In this document: in pieces, positions 35,878 to 49,309 of the stretch
Position numbering within the stretch: the stretch's first letter is position 1
Layout: each line of letters opens with the position of its first letter
Assembly: GCA_965153285.1 (NCBI GenBank)
Contig: OZ229122.1
Direction: 5' to 3' (one strand)
Source of the DNA: Podarcis tiliguerta
Lineage: Eukaryota
Length of the DNA: 64,000 bases
Notes under the pieces: model-generated
The model's input: only the letters and a program-made list of their open reading frames with translations
Databases searched by the model: none
Told to the model about the DNA's origin: nothing
Translations under genes and position numbers: made by a program

Positions 35878-38612
35878 TCAGACACCAAAATGAATGTTTC
35901 CCATACCTACAAATTGTCTGCTTTTGGCTAACAAACTGCTCAGGGCATGTTTCATTTGTCTGTTCCTCAGGCTGTAGATAACAGGATTGAACATGGCTGG
36001 AGCCACAGTATAGGTGAGGGAGATAAATTTGTCTGTAGGAGCTGAATAACTAGAACTTGGCCTCAAGTATGTGAACATAGCTGTGCCAAAGAAGAGGACC
36101 ACAGAGAGCAAATGTGAGGAGCACGTACCAAGAGCTTTCTGCCTACCATCTGCTGCAGTGATTTTCAAAATGGCTAGAAATATGAGAATGTAGGAGACCA
36201 GGATAAATATGAATGGTGTGATGAGAACCAGGAAGACAGTTAGAATTCTCTCCACCTCGTTTATGTAGGAAGTTGGGCAGTGCAATCTCACTAATGGGCG
36301 GATATCACAGAAGAAGTGATTGATGATATCCGGGCCACAGAAGGGGAGGGAAAATACCAACCATGTCTCCATAAGCGATATGGACAACCCACTGAGCCAG
36401 CATCCAGAAACCAACAGGAAGCAAGCCCTCCTGCTCATGAGCCTCATATAATGCAAAGGGTGGCAGATGGCCAGGTAGCGGTCATATGCCATAATAGCCA
36501 GGAGGTAACACACAGCAGCTCCAAGGAAAACATAGAAGAACAGCTGCATGGCACAGCCAAAGAATGAGATAGTTTTTTTCTCTGACATTAGGTTCACCAG
36601 CATTTGCGGAAGAGTCACAGATGCATAGCACATATCCAAAAGAGACAAATGTCTAAGGAAGAAGTACATGGGTGTATGCAGAGTGCGATTTGATATAATG
36701 GCAGCGAAAACCAGCAGGTTCCCCATCATTATGAACAGGTAGATTAGCAGAAAGGCAGCAAAGAGCACAGATTGTAAATCATATCTGTGTGAGATTCCCA
36801 GGAGCACAAATTCAAATGTGGTGGTGCTTATGTTCCTTTTTGTGGTTTCTTCTGCATGCTCCTCCTGCAAGGATTTTTAAAAAGCAACTGTGATATGTGA
36901 ATTTCTGATATTAGGACATGCAAAGGAAAATGTTTCAACCCAACCTTAGTTTTGGAACTGGTTATTTTTTACCTTTGTGACAAAAGAGAAAAAGACAGCT
37001 ATAGGGGTTAAAATGTTGGACTAGTAGTAGACCATGAAGCTAACAGGATGACCTTGTATTGGTCATTTTCCCTCCGCCTAAGGGACTACCATATTTTTCC
37101 ATGTAGAAGACACCCCCATGTATAAGATGACCCCTATTTTTGGGTACCAAAAATTTGAAATCAATACTTTTTAGTTGTTGAGCTTTTTGGGGGATATCAC
37201 AAAAAAAACCCCTGATCGATCCACCACCCTGGTTGACGGAAGTGGTATCATATTTCAGTATCACTAAGATATGTGTTTTATGCACACTTTCTTTACACTT
37301 TTTTTTTTTTTTTTTTTGCTTCAGAATTATTTTTCAAATTTCAGAGAAATGCAAAGGATACCTGCATTTTGGTTTGTGATTGTTCTTGGAAAGGCAAATT
37401 AGAAAGGTAACTATATGAGATCTGAACTGAATATCTCCCCCATCCATACTGAGCAGATGTAAAACTGAAACAGATTGTAAATAAGGCTGTCCCATCTATC
37501 TATAAGTGTAGGACTTTTATAAAAAATGTGTTCTCTGAAAGCCATGGATAGAAGGGTCAGAATATTTTCAGTCTTTGCAAGAGAGGTCAGAAGTACCCTC
37601 ACTTGCATGCATTATATTGTCTGGCACTTTAGTCTACGTCTAACCCAACTGTATAAAGAAAAGCTAGCGTCCATGGAAGTTAACAAATTCTCTCTCTCTC
37701 TCTAGTAAGAGACAAGTGGATCCATAAAAGTAAAATTCTGTATTTAGAATTTAGTTCTGAGTAGAGATATCACATGACTGGCTAAAACACTATTGGATTT
37801 AGTACCAAAAGAGCAGACACAGAGTTATGTTTCACACTTCTCTCATTAAACCATTGGAACATTGATTGGAAGGTCCATCATTCAGCAGCAGAGCATTGGC
37901 TTTCCATGAAGATGCTCTCAGATTCAATCCCTGGGAACGCCAGGTAGGACTGGGAAAAAATAATATTGAGCTAGATGAAGCACTGATCTGACTTACTATA
38001 AGGCAACTTACTGTGTTCCTTTTTTCTTTTTTTAGAGAAAGTGTTTTGCATTCTGTCATATATCATGAATTGTATCTAGCACACTGCTAATTCTAATATA
38101 AGGTTCATCACTTGGCATTTCCAGTTAAAAGGCCTGGGCAGCAATTGATGAGAAATAGACCTCTTTCACTGTTACTTCCAAGTGACAGTCAGGCTGATTT
38201 GATGGGTATATTGCCCAAAGCGATAAGTTGTAAAGTATAAAAAAACTAATAGGTTTGCCAGTTGTCTGAGCTTGGCTTGTTCCTGTGCCTGTTACAGTCT
38301 CTGACAGCTGTTTGCTCTGCACAAATCACAAGTTCTTGAATGACAAGAACATATTTGCCTGGCCAAAACTATTATGCAAGTAGAAAGTTATCATTGCAAG
38401 CATCCAAATAGGGGTGGAGAAGAAATTTGGTTGAGCTCTTATTATAATGCAAAACCACCCAATTTACACTTCCCAAGACATTGTGTGAACCAAAAGGCAC
38501 CCCTACCTCCAAATATTAAATCAGTAATATAATTAATAGTTGTGGATATCCAGGCAACAAGTTGCAGTTTTAGAAATAATCATTCCACACTTACCTGTGG
38601 AAAGCCAAACAT
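35878..38612 (-). CDS. Divergent olfactory receptor (OR7 here); proposed CDS join(38612..38595, 36864..35878), 334 aa
   Basis: Main exon has LHTPMYFFL, MAYDRYLAIC, NHFFCDIRP, KALGTCSSHL, PAMFNPVIYSLRN, but no in-frame ATG before TM1 (the ORF track used TTG). Acceptor ttgcag|GAG at 36864 is phase 0. Upstream aacATG TTT GGC TTT CCA CAG|gtaagt at 38612-38589 is also phase 0. The OR identity is secure; the upstream exon is inferred. Confidence 0.8.
37869..38020 (+). mobile_element. Old tRNA-derived squamate SINE; related minus-strand copies at about 41155-41325 and 43855-44000
   Basis: Degenerate B-box (gattcaatccc), ccaggtaggactggga core, and 3' end gagctagatg...tataaggcaactt.ctgtgttcct. Confidence 0.5.
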
Positions 38613-38669
38613 GTTGTGAATGTTGTAAGCGAATTCCGGAAGCTCCTGCAATCTAGATAGTTATGATTA

Positions 38670-38800
38670 GAATGGTAGTTAATTGACTTCTGTAACCTGC
38701 TTAGATTGTTTCCAGCAATATATAGAAGAAAGAAAATAACTGGAAGCAACAGTTGTTAGCAAATCATCTTGACACATTCCAATTAATTCCCAGCTAGGGC
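38670..38800 (-). promoter_or_regulatory. Putative promoter of the split-start OR
   Basis: TATATA near 38720, TTAATTG near 38680, and AATTAATT abutting an O/E-like TTCCCAGCTAGGG at about 38781-38800, all just upstream of the proposed first exon. Confidence 0.4.
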
Positions 38801-39539
38801 ATTAGAGCCTTGATTCATGAAAGGAGCGCTGAAGTCCTCAGAAACTTTCATAACTAACACATTTGTACATAAGCTTTTACAGTTTTATCTGCCCATTTTT
38901 CTATTTAAGCTTTTACACCACTGTTCAGCCCAAAACAATTCCAGAGCAGTCTTCTTCTTCCTCTTCCCCCTCCTCCTCCTCCTCCTCCTCCTCTTCTTCT
39001 TCTTAGATAGCACCTGTCGCAAGGTTTATAATTACAAAAATACAACACCAAACAAAAAAAAGTTGGGCATGGAAAAGCAAACTCATCAAGCATCAGTTCT
39101 TAAAGTTGTCCAGTCCTTATAAGGACCAGCTAGAATGGAAACAGTTTAGGGAGAGGTGGGACCAAAAGATGCTGGTCCCTCATCAGAGCTAATGTGGTAG
39201 CTCTGCTACCAAATACTCCCTCTTCTGCAGCCTGATGGAATGATAGTCACTTAGTGTCAGTTGAGAAAGAGGAAAAGTCAGAGGTAGCTTAGTCTCTCAG
39301 CAAAGCCAATTAAGTGACCCTTCTTCTCTTCTCTCCTGCTACAGTGATGTCAGCTGGATTTCCTGGGCCTGGTACATTGTCTCCAACACCATGACAATCT
39401 ATTGGCAGAAACTGCAGTTTATGAACCTATATTAACTTAATCTAGCCTACCTCACAGGTTTAAGGGTTAGAACAACATAAAAATTACGATTAAAAACAGT
39501 TTTTAAAATAAATTATAGTTACAGAAATAGGGTGAATCC

Positions 39540-39712
39540 CAGTGCTTTGTTTTCTACAAAAAATGTTTAGGGGTACTTCTCATTTTGTCTCAAGAAAATC
39601 ACCATTTTATAGTTCAAATCGGGGAAAATAAATACAGTAAATGGACAAAAGTACAAAGATTCACAAATGCTTAAGGGTATGTGTACCCCTGCATCCCCTC
39701 AGAAAAACACTG
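39540..39712. mobile_element. hAT-type MITE
   Basis: CAGTG...CACTG termini with an 8-bp TSD gtgaatcc (39532-39539, 39713-39720); a partial second copy lies at about 59684-59810. Confidence 0.8.
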
Positions 39713-42060
39713 GTGAATCCCATTACAATGACAGAAGTGGCAGACAGATGATAATGTACACAGCTTTGATGTTCTGAATGGAACAGCAAGATACAAATAT
39801 GTCATTTAGAGTAGTCCCCTTGCTTTAAGTACAACATTTCATAGTCCAGACATTTAAATCAAAATACCAAAATCCAGAAGAGGAAGAAGTAGCAGTTTTC
39901 AAACTCTTGTCATTGTAACTTGTGCAAGTGTACAGGGTTTGCTGATTCATTTTGTAGTTTGTATTCTTGTTTATGGTTACTATATATTAATAAGTAAGAG
40001 ATGATGGTAAGCAGACCAGTAGTGGCTGGGTGGGTGACATTTAAAATCTGCTCAATTACAATAGCACTGTTTTTTCAATGTAGCAAAGGAGACTTACTTA
40101 TTTCAAAGAAATTACTTTTGAATAAAGCATACCAAAACCTACCAGTTGTGTATTATTCTGCAAAGACAGCACACCTGGGGAGTGAATGAAATAACAGGGA
40201 CATGGAGGGAAGTGTCTTAAACTAAAAGACTAAAACTAGCCTATCTGAGCTTCTCTTTAAGTTGCAAAGTGTTGGCACTCTGCTGAACTCACAAATGTGA
40301 GGAAGGAAGGATAATATCTAATATATACTCTCTTAACATTTAATCACACCCCAACAAATTGGTCCAAAGGTTCCCTCCTTTTCCCACCTATTCCACACTA
40401 CTGGGACTATTTTGATTGACAACTTAAGGAGTGTGACTGACTCCTACCAAGGTGCAAAAGTGGAACAAGGTGGGTGTGGTGGGTGCGGCCTGGCCCGGGT
40501 GTCATCCCTGAGGGGGGTTGACATCGCCGCCCCACCACTCGGGACACTCGTGGTAGGTGGCACACACCTCCGGGACACTTGCCCCACCCCCCTGGGACAT
40601 TTGCCCTGCCCCCCTGGGACACTCACCCCCCAAGATGTTCATCCCACCCCCATGGGTGGCTAGCCCTGCCCCCTGGGTGCACGCTGCTCTGGGTGTCAGA
40701 GCAGCTAGCTCTGCCTCTGCCTAGGTGAGGAAGTGAAAAGTAGAATTGTAGCTATATTAGGGTATGATTGGGTTTAGGACACCTTTTAGGAATATGTCAG
40801 AACTTTATGGTGAATGGTGGACAGTGGGTTCTGGGTGTACATGTTGGGTTTTTCATCCAAGGCTCCCATAGCAAGGAGGGAGTCGTTTCCTCTAGAACCT
40901 TTGCTGCATGCACAGGGGCCTGGAGGGATGTTTCTCTGCTAGAGTTAAATTATATCCTCCCCTGTCTATACTTTCTGAATTTGGTTAATTTATTGGCACT
41001 TCATCAATTTTTGTTATATTTCAAAAAATATAACCTTCATCCCAAAGTTTGGTCCCATGAGTCATCTTTATGGCTTTTCAGTTGCTATGCACATTAACTG
41101 CTCAAATTAGATTCCCCTTATGAGAACTTAGCATCTGTTAAGAAACAGTTATAGTCATAGAACAATTCTCTTAAATGAGTCACACAATTGGCCCATCTAG
41201 TTCAGAATTGACACCAGCTCTCTGGGTTTTCAAACATGAATCTTTCCCAAACCCACCCATTTGAGACACCAAGGAATGTACCTGGGGGCTTCTGCACACA
41301 AAGCACTGAACCCCGGGCCTGCCCCATATAAAATACAACAGAAAACAACACTGCCAACACATATACTGTTATCTCTATAGACAAGAAACAATTCACCAGT
41401 GGCCTGTTCTGTAGAGTGCTTCGTCCCCATTGGCATGCTTTCAGTCTGCCCATATGTATAACTAATCTCTTCTTAACCACCAGAGTCTGCAGGGGAAACC
41501 TCCATAGAATCGCCATGCATTGTGTGATATAGTGGTGTTTCATGAGAAGAAGCATCTGCTTCAGGCACCTGGCACAGATATTTGTTCTCATCTCAGAGGT
41601 AAGTCTTTCTTTTGAAATGCTGACTAAACCTCATTGTGGTTGTTTCTTTCACAAGACAAAAGCACACTGGTATAGGAGGAATGAAGAGTACTTGACTTGA
41701 ACACATGGATCAAATGACCAAAAAGCATGCCTTTCACAAGTATTTTAAAAAACTTTATCCTATATATTTCTATACCAACCTTCAATGATATCCCCAGAAC
41801 AGTTTATAAGAACTGAGGGGCAAACTGTAGGGATTGCCAGTAGAGAAGGATGGTGAACTTTTGTCCCCCCACATGTTGAACTCCAATTCCCATCAGCCCC
41901 AAACAACATAGTGCGTGGTCAGGGATGATGGAAGCAGTAGTACAACAACATCCAGACCACTGCAAGTTCATCATCTCTGTGTTAGGGTGATCCATATAAT
42001 TATAAATGAACTGAATTGTCTGGAAAGTAATTTTTGTTTTTCCATTTCCTTTTTTTTCAG

Positions 42061-43059
42061 ATGACTTATATTCTGGAATATAAACTGGTAAATCATTCCC
42101 TGACACCTGATTTCATTTTCATTGAATTATCCAATAGCTCTGGAACACAAGTGTTAGTCTGTGTTGGGTTCCTTGCTATGTATACTCTGACACTTTTGGG
42201 AAATGGCCTTATTATCACCCTCACCCTGGTTGACTCAGCCCTTCACACACCCATGTATTTCTTCTTAAGGAACTTGTCCTTCTTAGAGATCTGCTACACC
42301 TCAGTGACCCTCCCCAAGATGGTGGTCAATTTAGTGTCTGAGTCCAAGAGCATCTCCTTTGCTGGTTGTGCTGCTCAGATGTATTTTCTTCTCTCGCTTG
42401 GAACAGTTGAGTGCTATCTGTTGGCTGCCATGGCCTATGACCGCTACATGGCCATCTGTTCCCCACTGCATTATCCACTGATTATGAATCAAAAAGCTTG
42501 TGCTCAGATGACAGTTGCCTCCTGGCTATGTGGCATTGTGATGCCTCTTGGCAACGTAGTTTGGATATTCACCTTGCCCTACTGTGGTCCCAATAAGATT
42601 AACCACTTCTTCTGTGATGTGCCACCAGTGCTGAAGATGGCTTGCACTGATACCACAAGGAATGAGATGTCAATTCTTGCATTCAGTGTGCTAATCACAT
42701 TATCTCCGTTCCTGCTAGTGCTGGTTTCCTACATTCGAATCCTTTTCACTGTACTGAACATGCCATCAGCTGAAAGTAGGCACAAAGCCTTCTCTACTTG
42801 CTCATCACATCTCATAGTGGTTACCTTGTTCTATGGTTCTGCCAGTGCCATGTACCTGCGTCCCAAATCCAGTCACATTGAGGACATAGACAGGTTAGTT
42901 GCTCTATTCTATTCCATTGTTACACCCATGCTGAATCCTATGATCTACAGTCTGAGGAACAAGGAAGTGAAAGATGCCCTGTGGAGGTTGAGAGGGAAGA
43001 ACATGCTTCTCTGTAAACTTGGTAAATATATTTGTTGGAAAAGAAGTTGTAAAAAATGA
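42061..43059 (+). CDS. Olfactory receptor, class II (OR10-like; OR8 here), 332 aa
   Basis: Motifs LHTPMYFFLRNLS, MAYDRYMAIC, NHFFCDVPPVLKMAC, KAFSTCSSHL, PMLNPMIYSLRNKEVK. ATG at 42061 directly follows a polypyrimidine tract and cag acceptor. A candidate upstream donor gag|gtaagt lies at 41599. Confidence 0.93.
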   Translation: MTYILEYKLVNHSLTPDFIFIELSNSSGTQVLVCVGFLAMYTLTLLGNGLIITLTLVDSALHTPMYFFLRNLSFLEICYTSVTLPKMVVNLVSESKSISFAGCAAQMYFLLSLGTVECYLLAAMAYDRYMAICSPLHYPLIMNQKACAQMTVASWLCGIVMPLGNVVWIFTLPYCGPNKINHFFCDVPPVLKMACTDTTRNEMSILAFSVLITLSPFLLVLVSYIRILFTVLNMPSAESRHKAFSTCSSHLIVVTLFYGSASAMYLRPKSSHIEDIDRLVALFYSIVTPMLNPMIYSLRNKEVKDALWRLRGKNMLLCKLGKYICWKRSCKK

Positions 43060-44964
43060 ATAATTCATATTTTATTTTGTTTTATTTTCCTTTTGTTTCT
43101 CTGGGACCCCTACAGTAGGTTTTTCAAGACTATTTATGCTAATTTCGAAAGGAAGATCCTGTTTCTACTTATAGAGGCACATCAACTCTTTTCCCAAAAT
43201 GTGCCCTGACCTACTTCCCAGACCTACTTTTTCTTCCTGGTCCTTCACATATTTTAATTCTCTGCACAATATTTCTATTTGATTGAGTGTATATTTAATG
43301 TAGCACAATGCAGTACATATTTAATGCCAGAAGAACCTCTAAACACAGGACCTGCTCTGAGGTCTGTTGCTGTCATGTGATGAGTGGTTAGTCCTAATTA
43401 ATTGTCAGGATTGAATTAAGATTGTCTAGGTTTATATATATATATTAGTTGGGAACATAGGTGTTGTGAGTAAAGCAACAACACTTGGAATAGGTTACCT
43501 TAACCAATGGGGGCCTACAGACAGAAAGGAAACCTTCCTTCTCACTGATTCCTTCTCTTCTAGGAACTAATGCTGGTAAAGTGGATTACTTCATTTCATG
43601 CTTTTATTTCCTTCTTGCTTATTCTCCAAGTTTAGTGAGTCCAAACCAGGTACAGTATGAGTTAACATGTGCTAGTGTTAGCTCCATCTTGGTGACATGT
43701 GAAATCTATACTTACTATAGAATGGCTTTGTTTGCCTTGAGTAATAAACCTCAAGTGTTCTTTATTCTTTCAACCAGCAGTCTTACCAGACTAGTTCTTT
43801 CTGCACACTGCTTCAATATGTTTACCAAACTCCAGCAACAGGAAGCTCCCTTACCTTGAGTGAGACCATTAGTCTGTTTAGCTCACTGACTAGCAGTGAC
43901 TCTCCAAGGTTTCAGGTAGGAATCTTTCCCAGCCCTACCTGAAGATGCCAGTGATTAAACCTTAGACCTTCCACTTTACCACTGAACTGCAGCCCTTTCC
44001 CATAATAGCTAAAATTCAGCAAACCAGTACAATGTCAACCTGCTACTTTACACATTTGTCAATAGCAATTCTGCTGCACTTTAAGCATTAGAACTTCACT
44101 TTTCATAAATGAATATAATTAGTTTTATAGACATTAGCTGGGTAGTACCAATTTACATCCCAGAGGGTATGACTCTGATAAATTAGTTTGCTCACATGGG
44201 AATCCTAAAAGATCTCATTTAATGGTTGTAGTCAAACAAACCCTTTCAGTTTAACTGCCCTCCAGAAAGACATATGCGTATACAGTTTCCTCATGATATG
44301 GACCAAATATTGTGCAGGTAAAAATGGTTAACTTTCAAGAAATAATATCATAAATTCTCCTACATTTTTAACAAGTCCCTTGGTGACTAGTCAGTTTGCA
44401 TTTTGGAAATACTGTCATTTTAAATAAAGCCCCTGGGGCATATTAAAACCTCATAATTACACTTCATGAATAGATGGGCTTTTGAGTAAATCAAACAATA
44501 TAATTCCATTGGGGAAATTTTTCCAAAAATGTATTTCTTCATTTTGATCTCAAAATGAGATGTTTCAGTGATGCAGAACAATTTCTTAACCCTAACAAAA
44601 TCAAAGGCGCTTCAAATTTCCCATTAATTACTATTATGGAAGGTTCCTATAAAGTTAATTATCCCAAATACATGGTATCACAGTTGGTTTGAAAACCTAT
44701 TACTTGAATACTACACATGTTGCCATAATATGAGGAATGGTTGCAGATGAAATTTTGTCTCTTTCACATACCATATCAAGAAAACAGTCAATTGCTCAAT
44801 TTCAGTTTGTAGGACTGCACCAGCAAGCAGTCAGGGCCATCAATACCATGCATGATGTAAGATGTGGCATGTCACCATCACCCTCGTAAGCTGTTGCCTC
44901 TGGCCATGAATGAGATCCAGGCACTCTTGGAGGAAACTGATTTTAATCATCTGAAGCCCTTCTT

Positions 44965-45857
44965 CTTGTGCCCCTCCACAAGACGTCTGGAGGGTGGCAA
45001 CCTGAGAATGGGCCGTTTCTGTATTGGCTCCACATTTGAGGAATGTTCTCCTCAGGGAGGCTCACCTGGTATCTTCACTGAGTATATTTAAGTGTCAGGA
45101 GAAATTGGGTCCTCCCTTAAAGAGGGCACGTATTGTGGTAAGACCTGGAAAACCAACACCCTGTGTTGTGGGTGGGTACGATTGGTCAGCCACAACACCC
45201 GATTGGTAGGTCCCTTGAAGATGGGTGCAATCTGGCCAATGAGATGCAGTCCAAATGGATCAAGGGACCTTTACATACCCATGCACGTGACCCAGAGCTT
45301 CCTCTTTCGGCGCATGCATTAGGAACATCCACCCTCCTCTCCCTACTTTTAGGGCTTTGCACTTGACCTTGCTATGCCGTCGTGTGTCATCAGTCATTGG
45401 GACAGGGGCATGGCAAGAATTTCCCCCACTTGGTTGATTGGCTGTTGCCATTTGGGTTTCGCCTGCCACGTTAGCAAATCGTCACAACTTGTAAGGTTGT
45501 GGATAGGCTCTGGTTCAGGTGAAGGGTATTCCGTTAAAGGAATCCAGGGACTCAATGGTTTGGTCAACCCCTGAGAGGGGGTTGTGCCCATGCCTGAGTC
45601 CAGGGGGACAGTTGGGTGGCGGAGATGCCCATTCCCAGCTTTCCGCTTATCCAGGTGTTCACCCTTGGCTGACCTATGCTGGTGCCCTGGGTCAGCGCTA
45701 CCTGCATGGCAGGGAGCTAGTCGAACCAGAGCCTATGCAACCAGTCACTTTCTGTAATCAATAAAGTTGTGGCCTAAATTCTGCCAAAAACCAAAACCAA
45801 AATTTGAGTCAAGTGTGAATTTATTTAGGGGGGAGGTTTCTGGGTCTGAACACGCAA
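44965..45857 (+). mobile_element. Unclassified repeat (possibly DIRS/Ngaro-like, non-autonomous); related ends at 1-170 and about 46300-47045
   Basis: Shared 3' block aataaagttgtggcc...aaaaacc.aaa...gtgtgaa.ttattt.gggg...acacgcaa at 74-170 and 45760-45857; aataaagttgtggcc also at 47013. The family assignment is from recall only. Confidence 0.45.
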
Positions 45858-46712
45858 AACCTTCTTCTTCTCCCATGCCTTTGGATAATTAAATAATCAA
45901 TGGACTTTTAAACTGTGTGTCTATGGGGATGTGTGTTATGCATTTTTGTTTTTTCTACTGTAAACCACCCTGTGATCCTTGAATGAAGAGAAATATATAA
46001 ATTTAATAAATGGATAATAAATAAATAAATACTGGTCTTTTAGGTGAGAAAATTGCTAATTGTTAAAGATGCTGAAAATTAAATGATGAGATGCAAGTAA
46101 AAAAAGGGGAAAATTGGAATTCAGAATGGGGGTGGGGGAAAGTCCACATTGTATTTGGTGTTTTGGAAATGCATTGAATATTTGGAAAATTGTAAATATA
46201 AAAACTTGAAAATAAAATTTATTAAAAAAGGAAAAAAAATGCTAATTGTCTGTGATCTCTTGAAACACCAGGCCCATATTAAAATAACGAGCATTCACAC
46301 TTTATAATGTGGGTGCCCTTTGCGGGATCGCGCAGGGTGCTACAGTTCCCAGGGAACTTACTAGTAGAGAGGGAGCTGGCTTGCCTTTCAGTGTTATTAT
46401 TTGGAGTTTCACGCCCAGCCTCAGTAATCAAGTTTCTTTCTGGGAGGCGGGGCCAGCCCCATTTATAAATGGGGGTGGAGCCGTGAATAGCCAGGCAGTT
46501 GGCTCTGGAGATTCACCCTCCCTACCCTCCCTTTGTTTAACGTTTTCTTGTTTGCGGGTTAATTTTTTCTTCCTGTTTAGTAGGTGCTGCTAAGGTCTTC
46601 GACTGGTTGCTGTTGAAGTACTGGGAATAAATTTTCCTGCATTGGTAGCAATTTGTCACAACTTTGGCGGTTATGGCCTTGGGTGGAATCCTTTAGTCTT
46701 TTATTCTCTATA

Positions 46713-46747
<35 letters not shown>

Positions 46748-47186
46748 GTGGTGACTCACCCCCCTGCTGTGGCGATTCCAGGGTCCCCCTCTTAAAGGGG
46801 TTATATAATGGGTGTCACTGGCCATACACCGAAAGGCTGTCAGTGAACCACCCTGTGTGTAGGGATATGGGCTGGGCTGCCTGCTACACATACATCTCAC
46901 AGTGCACCCCATATCCCATTTACCCTGATGTTCCCCAGTTCCCCCAGCTGGGGGGCTGGGAGGAGTACACGCCCAAGGCCTAAGCCAAGGTCTTCCTACA
47001 TTCGGAAGTTTAATAAAGTTGTGGCCTAATTTTTAATTCCATAACATTGTCAGGAAGACCAAAAATTCAATAAAGAATGGGGGAAATTTATATTATATTT
47101 GGGAGATCACTGTAAAGAATTGAACTCTTTAGCAGGACTGGCTACTTAATAAATGGCTACTTAATAAATTTTGACATTTTGAAATA

Positions 47187-47428
47187 CAGTGGTACCTCGG
47201 GTTAAGTACTTAATTTGTTCCGGAGGTCCGTTCTTAACCTGAAACTGTTCTTAACCTGAAGCACCACTTTAGCTAATGGGGCCTCCTGCTGCCGCCGCGC
47301 TGCCAGAGCACGATTTCTGTTCTCATCCTGAAGCAAAGTTCTTAACCTAAAGCATTACTTCTGGGTTAGCGGAGTCTGTAACCTGAAGCATATGTAACCT
47401 GAAGCGTATGTAACCCGAGGTACCACTG
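47187..47428. mobile_element. Tc1/mariner (Tigger-like) MITE, same family
   Basis: TIRs CAGTGGTACCTCGGGTTA / TAACCCGAGGTACCACTG with TA TSD. Confidence 0.9.
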
Positions 47429-47434
47429 TATCAC

Positions 47435-47810
47435 TTGACCATATAACACAGGTCCTGAAAGAACTACATTGGCTCCCGATACGTTTCCGAGCACAATTCA
47501 AAGTGTTGGTGCTGACCTTCAAAGCCCTAAATGGCCTCGTCTCCAGTATTCCTGAAGGAGCATCTCTGGTCCCATTGTTCAGCCCGGACACTGAGGTCCA
47601 GCTCTGAGGGCCTTCTGGAGGTTCCCTCACTGTGATAAGTGAGGTTACAGGGAACCAGGCAGAGGGCCTTCTCAGAAGAGGCACCCGCCCTGTGGAACAC
47701 CCTCCCGTCAGATGTCAAGGAAATAAGCAACTATCTGACTTTTAGAAGACATCTGAAGGCAGCCCTGTTAGGGAAGGTTTTAATGTCTGATGTTTTCTTA
47801 TATTTTATAT
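47435..47810 (+). mobile_element. L2 LINE 3' fragment
   Basis: Encodes HITQVLKELHWLPIRFRAQFKVLVLTFKALNGL, the typical L2 ORF2 C-terminal region. Confidence 0.8.
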
Positions 47811-48288
47811 AAGCCGTAGTCCACAGTTTAATCTGGGGACTGGTTCCTATATTATCTGGTGCCTGATGTCAGCAGCAAGCATGAGTTTGTGACAGCTGGC
47901 TTGCATCGTTTGTTTTATTTGTATTAATTCTTTCCAAGACAGTGTCACAGGCCATGCTATTATGCTGATTGTGAATTGTTGGTTTGGAAGGATGTCTACA
48001 GGGGTGGGGAAGTGATGGAGATCAAATTGCCCCCAAGCTAGTTGTTGCTCAGTATCATGTGAAGTTGGTGGAAAGCAGTTTTTCACCCACAGAGTAGCTA
48101 TTTTGAATATGCTTGCGTACTCAATGCGTGGTGTGTGTGCACTTTCCCCCCCAGCTGGATAAATGGCTCTCTACCATGAAGGCCCATATTTTGCTGATTT
48201 TGCTTTCATGCTTTTAACTGTATTTAATTACATTATGTGTAAATTGCCTTGAGATGGTGGTTTAGTAGGTGGTCCATAAACTAATGGC

Positions 48289-48329
<41 letters not shown>
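48289..48329 (+). repeat. (AAC)n microsatellite
   Basis: Perfect caa repeat. Other simple repeats: (GT)n 46716-46745, (CCT)n near 38970, (GCT)n(AAT)n 59003-59057. Confidence 0.9.
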
Positions 48330-49309
48330 ATACAGAGATAGACATGTCAGTGTGATGTGTGAAACACACAGAGAGGTGGTGAACGAGAAGGAGAAAGGGT
48401 GTGAATGTGTGGCATGTGAGAAATGTACCAGTGTGTGTTGACAGGCTCAGGCAGAGTTCTCATGCAGCTTCAACAAGCTTCTTTTTCTCCTGCTAAATCT
48501 ATTGATTAAAGCTCCTCCTTTCCCTTTTTAATCCAGTTCTCAAATCTAGCTATACATTGTCTTGGTGATACCATGGTTTATAAATTTCCAATGCCTACTC
48601 ATTGACCTTGATATTTGATAATGGGCTGCATATTTGTGAGTTCTTGCTTGATCATAGCAGTCCCATTTCACATTTGGATCCTATTAACTTTAAACTTAGG
48701 GGACACACACTAAAAGGTGCTTGTGCCAAAAATATGTTTTCTTTCCTAGAATAGCAGAAGTGGAGAAATTGCATTATATTATCAGACATGACAATTCCTA
48801 TGATGAATGAAACCCATATTCTGCCAGGCTCTAGACAAGCCTCTTTAATTATTGCTCTTGCTTTTGGCCCTTATTATCCAAATCACATGCAGGTATTATT
48901 TCTCTTAAGATATAACAAGTACGTGTTCTTCAAGAATTGCTCAGAGGATACACAATAGAGTACCTGCAATTAGCCAGAGGACTGTAATGGGAAAATTCTC
49001 CTAGGAATTCCAGTGGCCAATAAAAAAACAAATCACGTACATTGTGAAGGATGCCATAAATATGCCACTTATTCAACACCAGGACTAGGGAGTAGAGAAC
49101 AACAAGTCTATGTTAGACTGATTTCTGCCAACTCATTTTTTTGTTGTTCTTTTTGGCTGTGGGCAGATCTGCAAATTAGTCTTTAGAATCAGGCTCTTGC
49201 AATCACAGAGATTCTAAGCCTGTGCTGAAGTTAGATTTGCACACAGAATGGTGACATTAGTAATTTTGGAGATATAAATAGATCAACTGAATTTAGATTT
49301 GCATTGATA

